Assembly: GCA_963668025.2 (NCBI GenBank)
Contig: CAXXTH010000018.1
Location: 128,001 to 192,000 of the forward strand
Direction of reading: 5' to 3'
DNA: 64,000 nt
Origin: Candidatus Hydrogenedentota bacterium
GTDB lineage: Bacteria > Hydrogenedentota > Hydrogenedentia > Hydrogenedentales > SLHB01
Position 1 is the first letter of the stretch. Each line of letters opens with the position of its first letter. Under the pieces are notes generated by a model. It saw only the letters and a program-made list of their open reading frames with translations. It searched no databases and was not told the origin of the DNA. Position numbers and translations under genes: made by a program. This document shows, one piece after another, positions 10,027 to 19,981 of this stretch.

Positions 10027-11538
10027 ATGATTAAGCACATCGTGATGGACTGCATACGCCGGTGGTGGTTTCTTCTTTTCATCACCTTATTTTGCGCGGT
10101 GCCGGATATGTTGTTTACACTTGATTCAATGAGCACCGTTGTCGACGATTACGAATTAGCCTATGGGCTCAAGACCTTTGCTGTGCATAGAGTAAACCAT
10201 AGTATCGGCGTTATACCCCTAGTTTTTGCTTACAATATTACAGCACTTGGCTATATGATTTTCTATTCGGATAGCTTTCGAGGCGTTTACCGCGTCCTTA
10301 CGACATTGCCTGTTACCTTTCGCCGCCGCCAAGTGTCCAAATTCATCGCATGCACCGTGATGTTTCCTTGTCTCTGGGGAATTCCATCTGTCGAAATAGA
10401 ACTACTAGCGTACCTGATCGGCCCATACTCGGTTGGCCGCAATTTCCTCGATACTGCGCTCATGATCTGGATTCTTATCGGCGCTTCCGCATATCTCGTT
10501 GCGCTCACGGATTGGGTAGGACCTCAAACGCTGAACCGGTTTACTCTACGCAATTTCGTTTTTCTGCCTGGCTATGTTGCGCCGATTATTGTTGCATTTC
10601 TGTTGGGCAAGGCGAGTGGATACCAGCCTGGTGATTTGCTTATTGACGCTCCACTGCCCTACGTGTTCATTTTCATGGCATTGCCGTTGGCGGCGATGGT
10701 TGTGTGCTTCCGAAGGTTCATGAAACAAGATAAGCGCCCAAAACAGGCCAAATCTGGTGCGGCATCGCATAACGCGGCAATAGAAAAAACCGATAAACCC
10801 GCACCAAGGGCATCCATATTATCCTCCCATTGGTTTTTCATCATGTTTTTTCCGCTCCTCATGACGGGCGTTTTGATTTGCTTCACTTTAACAGTAATCA
10901 CACTATGCCCTATTGCTGTTTTTACAGTTTTTGATCCGTCCATGGCGACTAGCCCAGCGTATTCGCTTTTCCTAGGCTATGCATATATTTTCTTACCATT
11001 CATATCAGTTACTTGCAACTATATGATTTATACCCCTTTTATGTTTAGCATGCGGTCTTTTCGCGCGCTGCCGTTCACAACGCATCACCTAGCCAGACTG
11101 TTTGCAGCACTTCCCGTCATCCTTCTTCTCATCAACTCACTCATGACGGTATTGGCCGTTAAACTCAGTGGATTGCCTTTGAACCTCGAGTTAATCCTGA
11201 CATCAACTCTTGTATTGTGGAGTTTGACGTATTTCTATTACTCCTTGGCCATGCGATATGGCTTGAAAGGACGTATAACGGCCGGCGTCCTTGTATTGCT
11301 ATGTCTCGGCATTTTTGGAGGACTCCAATACACGTATGAAGCCATTTTAAAACACGAACCTGCCTTTACCCAGTATTACTCGTTCAACTGCTTTTCGAGC
11401 CAATGGGCGCTCCTTGTGTCTATCGCCATTTCATTGTCATTCGCAAGCCTGGGCATCTGGATGATGCATCGGGTGTTGGCGAAGAGCAGCAGCGTTTACC
11501 AACATCGACAACCGCCACAATATGGCGGCTACCGTTGA
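10027..11538 (+). CDS. Multi-TM ABC permease-like membrane protein 2
   Basis: Two TM bundles with LTTLP and RALP motifs; C-terminal KSSSVYQ; GGGAGA RBS. Confidence 0.7.
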   Translation: MIKHIVMDCIRRWWFLLFITLFCAVPDMLFTLDSMSTVVDDYELAYGLKTFAVHRVNHSIGVIPLVFAYNITALGYMIFYSDSFRGVYRVLTTLPVTFRRRQVSKFIACTVMFPCLWGIPSVEIELLAYLIGPYSVGRNFLDTALMIWILIGASAYLVALTDWVGPQTLNRFTLRNFVFLPGYVAPIIVAFLLGKASGYQPGDLLIDAPLPYVFIFMALPLAAMVVCFRRFMKQDKRPKQAKSGAASHNAAIEKTDKPAPRASILSSHWFFIMFFPLLMTGVLICFTLTVITLCPIAVFTVFDPSMATSPAYSLFLGYAYIFLPFISVTCNYMIYTPFMFSMRSFRALPFTTHHLARLFAALPVILLLINSLMTVLAVKLSGLPLNLELILTSTLVLWSLTYFYYSLAMRYGLKGRITAGVLVLLCLGIFGGLQYTYEAILKHEPAFTQYYSFNCFSSQWALLVSIAISLSFASLGIWMMHRVLAKSSSVYQHRQPPQYGGYR

Positions 11539-11582
11539 AGAAAAGAGGCAACACTAATGACGTACATACATTGGTAAAACGC

Positions 11583-11655
11583 TCTCTGTGGCCCTCTGTG
11601 TCTCTGTGGTGAGCATTCCGGATCCTTCACCACAGAGACACAGAGAATCACAGAG
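11583..11655. repeat. CACAGAG-family hairpin element, junction 3
   Basis: ctctgtggccctctgtgtctctgtggtga-gcattccggatcct-tcaccacagagacacagagaatcacagag. Confidence 0.88.
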
Positions 11656-11714
11656 AAATGAAATCGGGATCTTAGCATTGCAGGAGGAACGTGCATGGTT
11701 CGGAAATAGCTTCC

Positions 11715-11756
11715 GATTTTGAACCACGGGGAGCACGGGGCGGCACGGGGACCGGG
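11715..11756 (+). repeat. CACGGGG-type single-arm repeat; first 39 bp identical to 15849-15887
   Basis: gattttgaaccacggggagcacggggcggcacggggacc. Confidence 0.88.
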
Positions 11757-11806
11757 CAGTACAGTTTATGGTGTTCAATATGAATACTGGCTGGAAAGAA
11801 CAATAG

Positions 11807-13081
11807 GTGAATCGTATGGGAAAGAACGCTGGTAGCCAGACCGCTGAACGCTTCAAAACATGTGTGACGTTCGGGTGGGGCGTCATGCGGTGTAATCAGT
11901 GGCGATGGATTCTCATTACTTTGATGCTATTCATCCCGCTCAACGGCTTTTCGTTGGTGATGCCTGCTTTCGTTTCGGTACTCGTGACTAAGCGATTCAT
12001 GGAAATGCCTGGTGCGGGCAGTTCCATCCGCGCTCTCCCAATAAGCCGCAACGACGTAGCCCGCGTATTTTGGGTGCTGTCAGTGATTCTGGCACCCGTG
12101 GCATGGTTTCTCATACAAACCATCAAGCACGTTTTGCTTGATGGAGGGCGCACCTACCCCTTCCTCTTTTTGGCTAAATCGACACTGGCAACCATGGGTT
12201 TTACATCACTTTGCTATATATACTATGTCCTTCCTCTTTCCACGGGGATTAAGTCCCCCTACACCAAGACTCTAGGTGATAGTCCAATACTTGCTGTCAC
12301 GCTTCTTCTTGTTACCCAGTTCAAAAGAATAGAGGACTGGTTCGGGAGGCCCATCATATGGCTGGTGTTGGCAGTAGCAGCAGGACTCACCGTGGCTGCA
12401 TATGGGCTTCCGCTGTACATCATGCGCGGCGGGGAAAAGAGAAAGAGGGCCGCTCGACCCGAAACAGGGAAGATCGGTCCACTGGGCGGCTTGCCGTGGC
12501 GTTCAAAGCGCCTTGGCGCTTGGGGTGTTCCTGCCTCGGCTTGCTGCCTTACTCTGCTTTATTTCTCTTTTGGTTTTATGTATTTACTATACATATATAT
12601 TACTAATATTAAACAGGACGCCTTTCCTGGCTATATAGTCCTCTTTCTTTTAACCAGCGCCGCAGGTCTCCATTTTATGAATACGTGGAGAAAAGCGGTC
12701 ATGGCGTTGCGCGCCTTGCCTTTAGGCCCAAACAGGCTTGTTCGATTCTATCTCATGCTGATTGCGCCTGGGGCGGGTCTTCTACTTTGCGGCGCCCTCG
12801 CCGCCTACACATTTGGCACTAGACTGGCCTTGCCGTTTGCTCAATGTACAGCAGCCTATATGCTGTGGATTCCATTACTTTGCTCACTTTCTCTCCGATT
12901 TGGCAAAAACGGTGTATTCCTTGTCACTCTATCCGTTTCTGCATGCTTTTTCGCACCTAGATTTATGTTCGGTCCAGTCGAGATAACATCATGGGCGCTA
13001 ATCGGAATCGTCGGCTGGCTGTATCTGCGATATAGCCTCATCCACAATAGCGTCATCTACCGGTCGCCGGGCAACCTATAG
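11807..13081 (+). CDS. Multi-TM ABC permease-like membrane protein 3
   Basis: FGWGVMRCN N-terminus, two RALP motifs, C-terminal HNSVIYRSPGNL; paralog of the next two genes. Confidence 0.72.
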   Translation: MNRMGKNAGSQTAERFKTCVTFGWGVMRCNQWRWILITLMLFIPLNGFSLVMPAFVSVLVTKRFMEMPGAGSSIRALPISRNDVARVFWVLSVILAPVAWFLIQTIKHVLLDGGRTYPFLFLAKSTLATMGFTSLCYIYYVLPLSTGIKSPYTKTLGDSPILAVTLLLVTQFKRIEDWFGRPIIWLVLAVAAGLTVAAYGLPLYIMRGGEKRKRAARPETGKIGPLGGLPWRSKRLGAWGVPASACCLTLLYFSFGFMYLLYIYITNIKQDAFPGYIVLFLLTSAAGLHFMNTWRKAVMALRALPLGPNRLVRFYLMLIAPGAGLLLCGALAAYTFGTRLALPFAQCTAAYMLWIPLLCSLSLRFGKNGVFLVTLSVSACFFAPRFMFGPVEITSWALIGIVGWLYLRYSLIHNSVIYRSPGNL

Positions 13082-13101
13082 TGACGACATATCGGGTTTT
13101 C

Positions 13102-13136
13102 CACCGCAGAGGAGCACGGGGCAGCACAGGGAACGG
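13102..13136 (+). repeat. Degenerate CACGGGG-type repeat, junction 4
   Basis: caccgcagaggagcacggggcagcacagggaacggg. Confidence 0.75.
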
Positions 13137-13176
13137 GCAGTGCGGTTTATCGGACTGAAAAGTTTGGGAGGTGGAC

Positions 13177-14463
13177 ATGATGAGTGAGACTATGAAAGTC
13201 CGCCGTGTAGAACGGCTTCATACCTGCATGGCGTTTGGGTGGGGCGTCATGCGGTGCAATATAAAAACTTGGATACTCATAATTCTGCTAATGTTTATTC
13301 CAGCGAGATTCTTTGGTTTTTCTTTAGTTTCTTCCGCTAGTCTTGCCGTAGCTTTGGTCAACAGACTCATGAGAACACCGGGCACGGGTAATTCGCTGCA
13401 TATTCTCCCCATGAGCTTCACGGAAAAAGCCCGCGTATTCTGGGTTGAATCGGTGTTTTTCGTTCCGATGACATGGTTTGTCGTACAAGTCATCGAGCGA
13501 ATTTGCATCGGAGGATACTATACATGCCCAATCCTGTTTCTGGCTCAATTGACACTGGCAACCATGGGTCTGGCGTCGCTTTGCCATCTACCCTTTATTT
13601 ACCCTTTTTTTATCGCAGTTAATTCCCCCTATACCAAAAATCTTAAAGAACTCAATCCCATATTTTGGGCTTGTTTTTACGGTCTCGTTTTGCATGATGA
13701 GTCTCGGCGAATAGAAATCTGGTTCCATAGCCCATCCATATGGCTTGTGTTGGCGCTGGCGGTAGGAGTGACTGTATTTGCATATGTATTGCCAAAACGA
13801 ATCATACGCAGTGGAAAGAGGGGCGTGCGAAGTCCCCGGCCCGAGATCAGCCAGGCCCGTTTGTCAGGCGGCTTGCCTTTGAGTGCCAGCTCTTTTGGTG
13901 CTTTGGGCGTTTCTGTCAGAGCTTGTTGTCTCATATCGAGTTTTTTCGCATTTGGCCTTGTTTTTCTGCTATATACGTATAATCCAGAAGTCAAACGGGA
14001 CATATTTTCTAGCTCTATCATTTCCTTTGTATTCCCCGGCGTTGCGGGTATCTATTTGATGAATACATGGGGGAAAACAATCCGGGCTTTACGCGCCCTG
14101 CCTTTTGATCCGAACAGGCTTGTTCGATTCTATATCATGCTGATTGCACCTGCGGCGTGCCTTCTATTGTTCTGTGCTCTCTCTGCGTATGCATTTGGAC
14201 TTACGATGGTGCTGCCTTTTATCAAATACATTGTCTCCTATATTCTGTGGATTCCATTGCTCTACTCCCTTTCTCTCCGATTTGTCAAAGCTGGTGCGCC
14301 TCTTGTCAGCATATCAGTGTTTGCATGCTTTTTTGTTCCCAGCTTTGTTTTTAGTCCTCTCAGCATTATGTTATGGGCGCTAATCGGAATCGTCGGCTGG
14401 CTGTATCTACGATATAGCCTTATTAACAATAGCGTCATCTACCGGTCGCCGGCTAACCTATAG
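13177..14463 (+). CDS. Multi-TM ABC permease-like membrane protein 4
   Basis: GGGAGGT RBS; paralog of proteins 3 and 5; C-terminal NNSVIYRSPANL. Confidence 0.72.
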   Translation: MMSETMKVRRVERLHTCMAFGWGVMRCNIKTWILIILLMFIPARFFGFSLVSSASLAVALVNRLMRTPGTGNSLHILPMSFTEKARVFWVESVFFVPMTWFVVQVIERICIGGYYTCPILFLAQLTLATMGLASLCHLPFIYPFFIAVNSPYTKNLKELNPIFWACFYGLVLHDESRRIEIWFHSPSIWLVLALAVGVTVFAYVLPKRIIRSGKRGVRSPRPEISQARLSGGLPLSASSFGALGVSVRACCLISSFFAFGLVFLLYTYNPEVKRDIFSSSIISFVFPGVAGIYLMNTWGKTIRALRALPFDPNRLVRFYIMLIAPAACLLLFCALSAYAFGLTMVLPFIKYIVSYILWIPLLYSLSLRFVKAGAPLVSISVFACFFVPSFVFSPLSIMLWALIGIVGWLYLRYSLINNSVIYRSPANL

Positions 14464-14483
14464 TGACAGCATATCGGGTTTTC

Positions 14484-14518
14484 CACCGCAGAGGAGCACG
14501 GGGCGGCACGGGGAACGA
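14484..14518 (+). repeat. Degenerate CACGGGG-type repeat, junction 5
   Basis: caccgcagaggagcacggggcggcacggggaac; whole intergenic region nearly identical to junction 4. Confidence 0.75.
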
Positions 14519-14558
14519 GCAGTGCGGTTTATCGGACTGAAAAGTTTGGGAGGTGGAC

Positions 14559-15836
14559 ATGATGAGTGAGAACATGAAAAACCGCCGTGTAGAACGGCTT
14601 CATACCTGCATGGCGTTCGGCTGGGGCGTCATGCAGTGCAATATAAAAACTTGGATACTCATACTTCTGCTAATGTTCATTCCGGCGAAAGTACGGGGCT
14701 TTTCTATCATACAACCTGCCTTGTTTGCCGCCATTTTACCCACCATATTCATAGCAAAACCCGGAACAGGCCGTTCAGTGCGTACTTTACCAGTAAAATT
14801 TGATGAAATAAACCGCACATTTTGGACTATATCGGTACTTCTCGTACCCGTGGCATGGTTCATCATACAGGTTATCGAGCGTATCTGCATGGGCGAGCAG
14901 TATACCTACCCAATCCCTTTCCTGGCAGAATTAGCCCTGTCCGCCATAGGCCTCGCATCCCTTTTCTATATACTCATGGTTTTTCGACTGCTAATCTCGG
15001 TTCGGCCGTCCAAAGCAACAGAATCCTTTATAGCTTGCCAGATAGTCATGATTCTCTATTTTGGATCATCCGACTACTTATGGCGAATAGAAACTTGGTT
15101 TATTCCACCTATCACATGGCTAGTTCTGCCGGTATCATCAGTATTATGCGTGTATGCCTACGTATTTCCGAGGCGTCTCATGCGAGTAAGGAAGAATAGA
15201 GAAAAAGCTGCTCCACTTAAAATCAAACAAGCATGGGGTGCGGACGGCTTGCCTTGGAGAGCAAGGTGTTTGGGCGCTTGGAGCATTCCTCTCTGGACTT
15301 GCGGCTGCATACTAACCAATCTGACAGTTGGCTGCCTATGCTTCCTGTATATATGCAGTGCGCTAGTTCGTGAAAACGCGTTGCTTTGCTCCCTCGTTTT
15401 ATTCATGTCGTTTGGCGTGGCGGCTATGTTCATTATGCATACATGGGGGAAATCCGTGCGGGCGTTGCGAACTCTTCCTTATGGTCCAAACCGGCTTATC
15501 CAGTTCTACTCCATGCTCATTGCGCCTACGGCGTGTTTCCTAGTGGCGTGCGCCATCGCCGCCTACGCAGGTGGAATCCCCACGGTTCCTTTCATCAAAT
15601 CTGTTTTGGCCTTCATTGTTTGGATTCCGTTTCTGTATGCACTCTATTTCCGGCTGGGCAAAATCCGTACGCCTTTTGTCATGCTGGCCTTGATTGCATG
15701 TATTCTTGTTCCCTATTTCGCCTTCAATCTTTGGATCGCCACGTTATGGTTGTTGGCCGGAGTCGTCGGCTACCTGTATCTGCGGCATACGCTCATTCAC
15801 AATAGCGTCATTTATCGTTTGCCAGCCAATGAGTAA
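14559..15836 (+). CDS. Multi-TM ABC permease-like membrane protein 5
   Basis: N-terminus nearly identical to protein 4; C-terminal HNSVIYRLPANE. Confidence 0.72.
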   Translation: MMSENMKNRRVERLHTCMAFGWGVMQCNIKTWILILLLMFIPAKVRGFSIIQPALFAAILPTIFIAKPGTGRSVRTLPVKFDEINRTFWTISVLLVPVAWFIIQVIERICMGEQYTYPIPFLAELALSAIGLASLFYILMVFRLLISVRPSKATESFIACQIVMILYFGSSDYLWRIETWFIPPITWLVLPVSSVLCVYAYVFPRRLMRVRKNREKAAPLKIKQAWGADGLPWRARCLGAWSIPLWTCGCILTNLTVGCLCFLYICSALVRENALLCSLVLFMSFGVAAMFIMHTWGKSVRALRTLPYGPNRLIQFYSMLIAPTACFLVACAIAAYAGGIPTVPFIKSVLAFIVWIPFLYALYFRLGKIRTPFVMLALIACILVPYFAFNLWIATLWLLAGVVGYLYLRHTLIHNSVIYRLPANE

Positions 15837-15848
15837 AATGGATTTCCG

Positions 15849-15887
15849 GATTTTGAACCACGGGGAGCACGGGGCGGCACGGGGACC
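15849..15887 (+). repeat. CACGGGG-type repeat closing the permease array
   Basis: Exact copy of 11715-11753. Confidence 0.88.
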
Positions 15888-15982
15888 AGGAAAGATAGTT
15901 CACGATTCTTATCCGAAATAAGCGGCTTAAACGCTGGAAATTTGATTTTTTGGAGGAATGCGAATAAAATATCTTTCGCTAA

Positions 15983-16058
15983 TGCCGGATGGCCAAATTG
16001 GTAAGGCTCCTGACTCTGGATCAGGTAACTCTAGGTTCGAATCCTAGTCCGGCAACCA
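15983..16058 (+). tRNA. tRNA-Gln (anticodon CTG)
   Basis: Acceptor stem TGCCGGA/TCCGGCA, anticodon arm CCTGA-CTCTGGA-TCAGG, T-arm GGTTCGAATCC, encoded CCA; 76 nt. Confidence 0.95.
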
Positions 16059-16068
16059 TGATCTGGAT

Positions 16069-16102
16069 ACGGCCTGCCGGAGTTTGGCGGGCCGTTTTTT
16101 TT
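16069..16102 (+). terminator. Rho-independent terminator after the tRNA
   Basis: acggcctgcc-ggagtt-tggcgggccgt followed by a T run. Confidence 0.8.
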
Positions 16103-16403
16103 GTTTTGATTTTTTCTGTAAAATGGGGTACAAATTGTATGAAGGCGCATGGCGACGAAGGGCCTTGGTCGGAAGCGTCCCGGGATGCGCTATGAAGTGC
16201 CGGAAAGGAGGTGGTCCGCCTATGGAGAGTCCGGATACGAGTCCTGACGCCATAGCTGGATCCTCAATTTATATGATACATACCATGAGGATGCGCTTGG
16301 GTTAGCCAGGATAGTCCGTTTATCTGGACAGATCGGGCGGCGGCCGCGATGGGCACGCCGCCCGGTTTTTTTTGGTGCGGGCGGCGTTTCCGCCGAAAAC
16401 GGA

Positions 16404-17825
16404 TTAGGAGCGCAACACGCGTTCCAATTGGCTGAGCACTTGGCGGGTCTCGGCGTTTTCCTTGGATTCCCGTTCGACTTTTTGGCAGGAATAGAGCACG
16501 GTGGTGTGGTCTTTTCCGCCAAAGGCCTCCCCCACTTCGTTGAGTGACAGGTTGGGGATGAGGGTCTTGCAGAGGTACATGGCGACTTGTCGGGGCAGGG
16601 CGACTTGGCGCTGGCGGCTGCGGCCGCGCAAGTCGGAGATGCGCACGTCGAAGTATTCCGCCACGGCGCGCTGGACGGCTTCGATAGTGACCGGGCGGAT
16701 CTGGTCGCGCCCGATGAGGTCGCGCAAGACTTCTTCCGCCAGCGCGACGTTGATTTTTTGTTCCGTCAATTTGCTGTACGCCAGCACCGTGATGAGCGCG
16801 CCTTCGAGTTCGCGGATATTGGTGGTGATGAAATTGGCGATGTATTTGAGCACTTCCTGCGGCACGGGTGTGTTTTCTTCGGCGGCGCGGCTTTGTAGAA
16901 TCGCGACGCGCGTCTCGATGTCTGGCGCTTGAATATCGGTGACCAGGCCCCACTCGAAGCGTGACACCAGGCGTTCCTCGAGCCCGCGAATTTCCTTGGG
17001 CTGGCGGTCGCTCGAAATCACGATTTGTTTGTGCTTATCGAACAGGTCGTTGAAGGTATGGAAAAACTCTTCCTGGGTGGCTTCCTTGCCTGCGATGAAT
17101 TGGATATCATCGATCAGCAGAATGTCCACTTTGCGGTATTTCGCGCGGAACCGGGCGGTGGATTTTTTGGCGATGCTTTCGATGAGTTCGTTCGTAAAAT
17201 ATTCCGAGGAGATAAATGCGACGTTGGCATCGGGGCGGCGTTCGAGCACCTCATGGCCGATGGCTTGCATGAGATGCGTTTTGCCGAGTCCGGTGCCGCC
17301 GTAGAGGAACAGGGGATTGTAGGCGCGCGAGGGATTTTCCGCCACGGCCTTGGAAGCGGCATGGGCGAAGCGGTTTCCCGCGCCCACTACAAATCTATCG
17401 AATACATATCGAGGATTAAAACCATCGAAGCGCCTGCCGTCGCCGTTGCCGCCTGCGCCGGGGTGCATATCCTTGCGCCGGGGCATTTGGGGGCGGTGTT
17501 TGGGGCTAAGCTCATCTTCTTCCGTATCGAGCGTCGGCAACGGCACTTCGGAAGATGGCACGAACCGCACTTCGCGCAGGCCTGGGATCAGCTCCTGTGC
17601 GCACGCATGTACGGTTTCCAAGTAATGGGTTTTCATCCATTCGGCGAAAAAGGGGCTGGGCACGCCGATGATGAGGCAGCCGTCTTCGCAGGCCTCGAAT
17701 TTTGTTTGGGAGAACCAGTTTTTATAGCTGTGTTCATCCAGAATTTGCCTGAGCCGGATCTGTGTTTGGTCCCAGGGATTGTTTTGCCCCTGGGCTGCAA
17801 GCATTTGACGTTCCGCTGTAGCCAA
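16404..17825 (-). CDS. dnaA: Chromosomal replication initiator DnaA
   Basis: YNPLFLYGGTGLGKTHL, LLIDDIQF, TQEEFFHTFN, SRFEWGL, NIRELEGAL, GGKDHTTVLY. Confidence 0.98.
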   Translation of the reverse strand: MATAERQMLAAQGQNNPWDQTQIRLRQILDEHSYKNWFSQTKFEACEDGCLIIGVPSPFFAEWMKTHYLETVHACAQELIPGLREVRFVPSSEVPLPTLDTEEDELSPKHRPQMPRRKDMHPGAGGNGDGRRFDGFNPRYVFDRFVVGAGNRFAHAASKAVAENPSRAYNPLFLYGGTGLGKTHLMQAIGHEVLERRPDANVAFISSEYFTNELIESIAKKSTARFRAKYRKVDILLIDDIQFIAGKEATQEEFFHTFNDLFDKHKQIVISSDRQPKEIRGLEERLVSRFEWGLVTDIQAPDIETRVAILQSRAAEENTPVPQEVLKYIANFITTNIRELEGALITVLAYSKLTEQKINVALAEEVLRDLIGRDQIRPVTIEAVQRAVAEYFDVRISDLRGRSRQRQVALPRQVAMYLCKTLIPNLSLNEVGEAFGGKDHTTVLYSCQKVERESKENAETRQVLSQLERVLRS

Positions 17826-17927
17826 ACCGTATACTCCCTTTCCGCATAAATAGAACGTGCATAAAGGCGGTAAAACCTGGCTTGCCGGTCCCGCAAGCCA
17901 GGCTTACAGATTGATCGTTAAAAGGCC

Positions 17928-17999
17928 TTTTGCACAGCGCCCTCTGGTTGCCCCCACGTTTTCCACAACACGAAACAAGTTATCCACAATTCATCAACA
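17928..17999. promoter_or_regulatory. DnaA-box cluster (dnaA autoregulation and/or oriC)
   Basis: TTWTNCACA matches: TTTTGCACA 17928, TTTTCCACA 17959, TTATCCACA 17980; degenerate TCATCAACA 17991. Confidence 0.8.
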
Positions 18000-18015
18000 C
18001 CCCTATAAATAGGGA

Positions 18016-18483
18016 TTATTCGCGTATTTGGGGGCAGCAGTCTGCATGAAGCCCGCCCCCTTTGTCAAGGCCTATCGATTGGGCCATCATCTCCGCTTTC
18101 ACCTGTTCCCAAACCGCATCCAGTTCTTCCAGGCTGCATTGTTCAATAGAACGGCCCGACTGTAGAACTGCTTCGTTGAGGCGCTGGAATCGCGCCTGGA
18201 AACGTTCCGTGGAACGTTTCAATTCGGCGGGCCCATCCGCATCCAGGAACCGGGCTAAATTGATAACAGAGAACAGGACATCCCCCAATTCGCTCCGGGC
18301 ATGCATGGGATCGCCTTCGGCAAGCGCTTGGCGGATTTCATCTACTTCCTCGAATAGCTTTTCGAGAACGCCTTCGATATGGGGCCAATCGAACCCGAGA
18401 GCTGCCGCATCACATTGGACTTTCCACGCAGTGGCCCATGCATCACCCTGAATGCCTTGGGATAAGCCCCCTGATGCGGCCAT
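18016..18483 (-). CDS. MazG-like nucleotide pyrophosphohydrolase, single domain (C-terminal half type)
   Basis: AAALGFDWP...LEKLFEEVDE...ELGDVLFSVINLARFL...SLEELDAVWEQVK. Start uncertain. Confidence 0.8.
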   Translation of the reverse strand: MAASGGLSQGIQGDAWATAWKVQCDAAALGFDWPHIEGVLEKLFEEVDEIRQALAEGDPMHARSELGDVLFSVINLARFLDADGPAELKRSTERFQARFQRLNEAVLQSGRSIEQCSLEELDAVWEQVKAEMMAQSIGLDKGGGLHADCCPQIRE

Positions 18484-18890
18484 AATACGCAGCCCTCCTG
18501 CGTCTGGACACACTTCTCCTGTCGTGCGAAGACGGCCACGCAAAATTAGAAAATAGCCCCGAGAACTGAGCCTTTTTCCAGTCCGTACTCCCAGCAGATG
18601 GCGTCCAAACTGATGAGTATTTAGTATAGCACCCAGCGGCGTTTCCCGCAAGGGAAAACCTTTTTTCAGGGGCTAACGCCTAAACTCAAGCCCCACAAGG
18701 CATTCGCAGGCATTATGCCCCACCGCTCAAAAAATAAAAAAGAGCGCTTGCCACAAATTTACGATGAATTCCGGGGAAAAAGCGTTATGTTTGCGCACAA
18801 GAATAGTTCAAAATAGCCTGGCGTCCGCCTGATAGCTTTGACGAAACGCCAGGCCAAGTTTAATGTATGCCTAACTCTATGGGCTATATA

Positions 18891-19970
18891 TTACCCGATA
18901 TATTCCTTGCGGTTGCATTCAGCGGATACCAGAACGGGCGTATCCGGCATAACGCGCGCCAATTCATCGAGTTCTGGCGGCCCATCCGGAAGCGGCAAGC
19001 TGATTTGACCTCGCTGGACCACGGACCGGCATAGCCCCATCATGATCTCGAAGCCTTTATAAGCCTCTTCGCCATTGCATGGATGGACCGCGCTGTCGTC
19101 GTCCAGCCACCGGGCCATGTCGGCGATATACGGGGGCATATCGAGGTCATAGTTCATGCATCCCGGGCCGCTGATGACGCCGCCGGAATCACGGGTGATG
19201 GCGCGCCAGCCTCCGCCAGTGAGGACTTCCGCGAAGCCTTCCGTTCCTTGGGCGCCAATGCGGCACTTGCGCCACCAATAATCCACTTCGGGGACATCGG
19301 GCGCTCCGGCTCCGGTTTCGATGATCCCGCGCACCCCATTAGAAAACTGGATAAATCCAGCAATATAATCGGGCGAGACGTGGACATCGGAGAACTTGCC
19401 TTTTCCCGCGGCCTGGCCCATGACCCACACCGCGCCGACGTTATCGTTATACCACCGGCAATAGTCGATCATATGGGTCATCATATGCATCATCCAGCCG
19501 GAAGAATGGCCGTACACCGTATGCACCCGGCCGATGGCGCCACTGGCGATGATCTCCTTAACCTTTTGATAATGCTCGCCATACCGGTGCTGGTGGGAAA
19601 CGACAGTCTTCACTCGGGCCTGGCGCACGAGCGCCATGATCTCGATGGCCTCGCGCATGCTGGTGGCGATGGGCTTCTCATAGGCGATGAGCTTTGCCCC
19701 GCTTTCCACGCCAATGCGCACCATGGGCAGCCGGAGGCTCGGAAGGGTGCAGAAGCAAAACACATCCGGCTGAACCGCCTTCGACAATGCGGCGGCGTCA
19801 TCGCTGGCCTCGGGATTGCCCAAGGCAGCCGCCGCGCTTTCCGCGCGGCCGCGGTCGATATCACATACGCCCGCGACTTCGAATTGAGGATGGGCATGGA
19901 ATGCAGCCGCATGGTGCTTTCCGCGCTTTCCCATGCCCACCACCATCACTTTGTATTTTTTTTGGCTCAT
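18891..19970 (-). CDS. Gfo/Idh/MocA family oxidoreductase
   Basis: VVGMGKRG Rossmann motif, YEKPIA, IIASGAIG. Confidence 0.92.
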   Translation of the reverse strand: MSQKKYKVMVVGMGKRGKHHAAAFHAHPQFEVAGVCDIDRGRAESAAAALGNPEASDDAAALSKAVQPDVFCFCTLPSLRLPMVRIGVESGAKLIAYEKPIATSMREAIEIMALVRQARVKTVVSHQHRYGEHYQKVKEIIASGAIGRVHTVYGHSSGWMMHMMTHMIDYCRWYNDNVGAVWVMGQAAGKGKFSDVHVSPDYIAGFIQFSNGVRGIIETGAGAPDVPEVDYWWRKCRIGAQGTEGFAEVLTGGGWRAITRDSGGVISGPGCMNYDLDMPPYIADMARWLDDDSAVHPCNGEEAYKGFEIMMGLCRSVVQRGQISLPLPDGPPELDELARVMPDTPVLVSAECNRKEYIG

Positions 19971-19981
19971 GTTCCTACCCC

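Noticed and set aside
8428-15887. CRISPR array interpretation of the recurring repeats
   Set aside because: The intervals are 1.3-1.6 kb genes rather than 30-40 bp spacers, the repeats are heterogeneous, and no cas genes are present.
15983-16058. tRNA as the attachment site of an integrated island
   Set aside because: No duplicated tRNA 3' end was noticed in the window and no integrase is present; the permease array lies on the 5' side.
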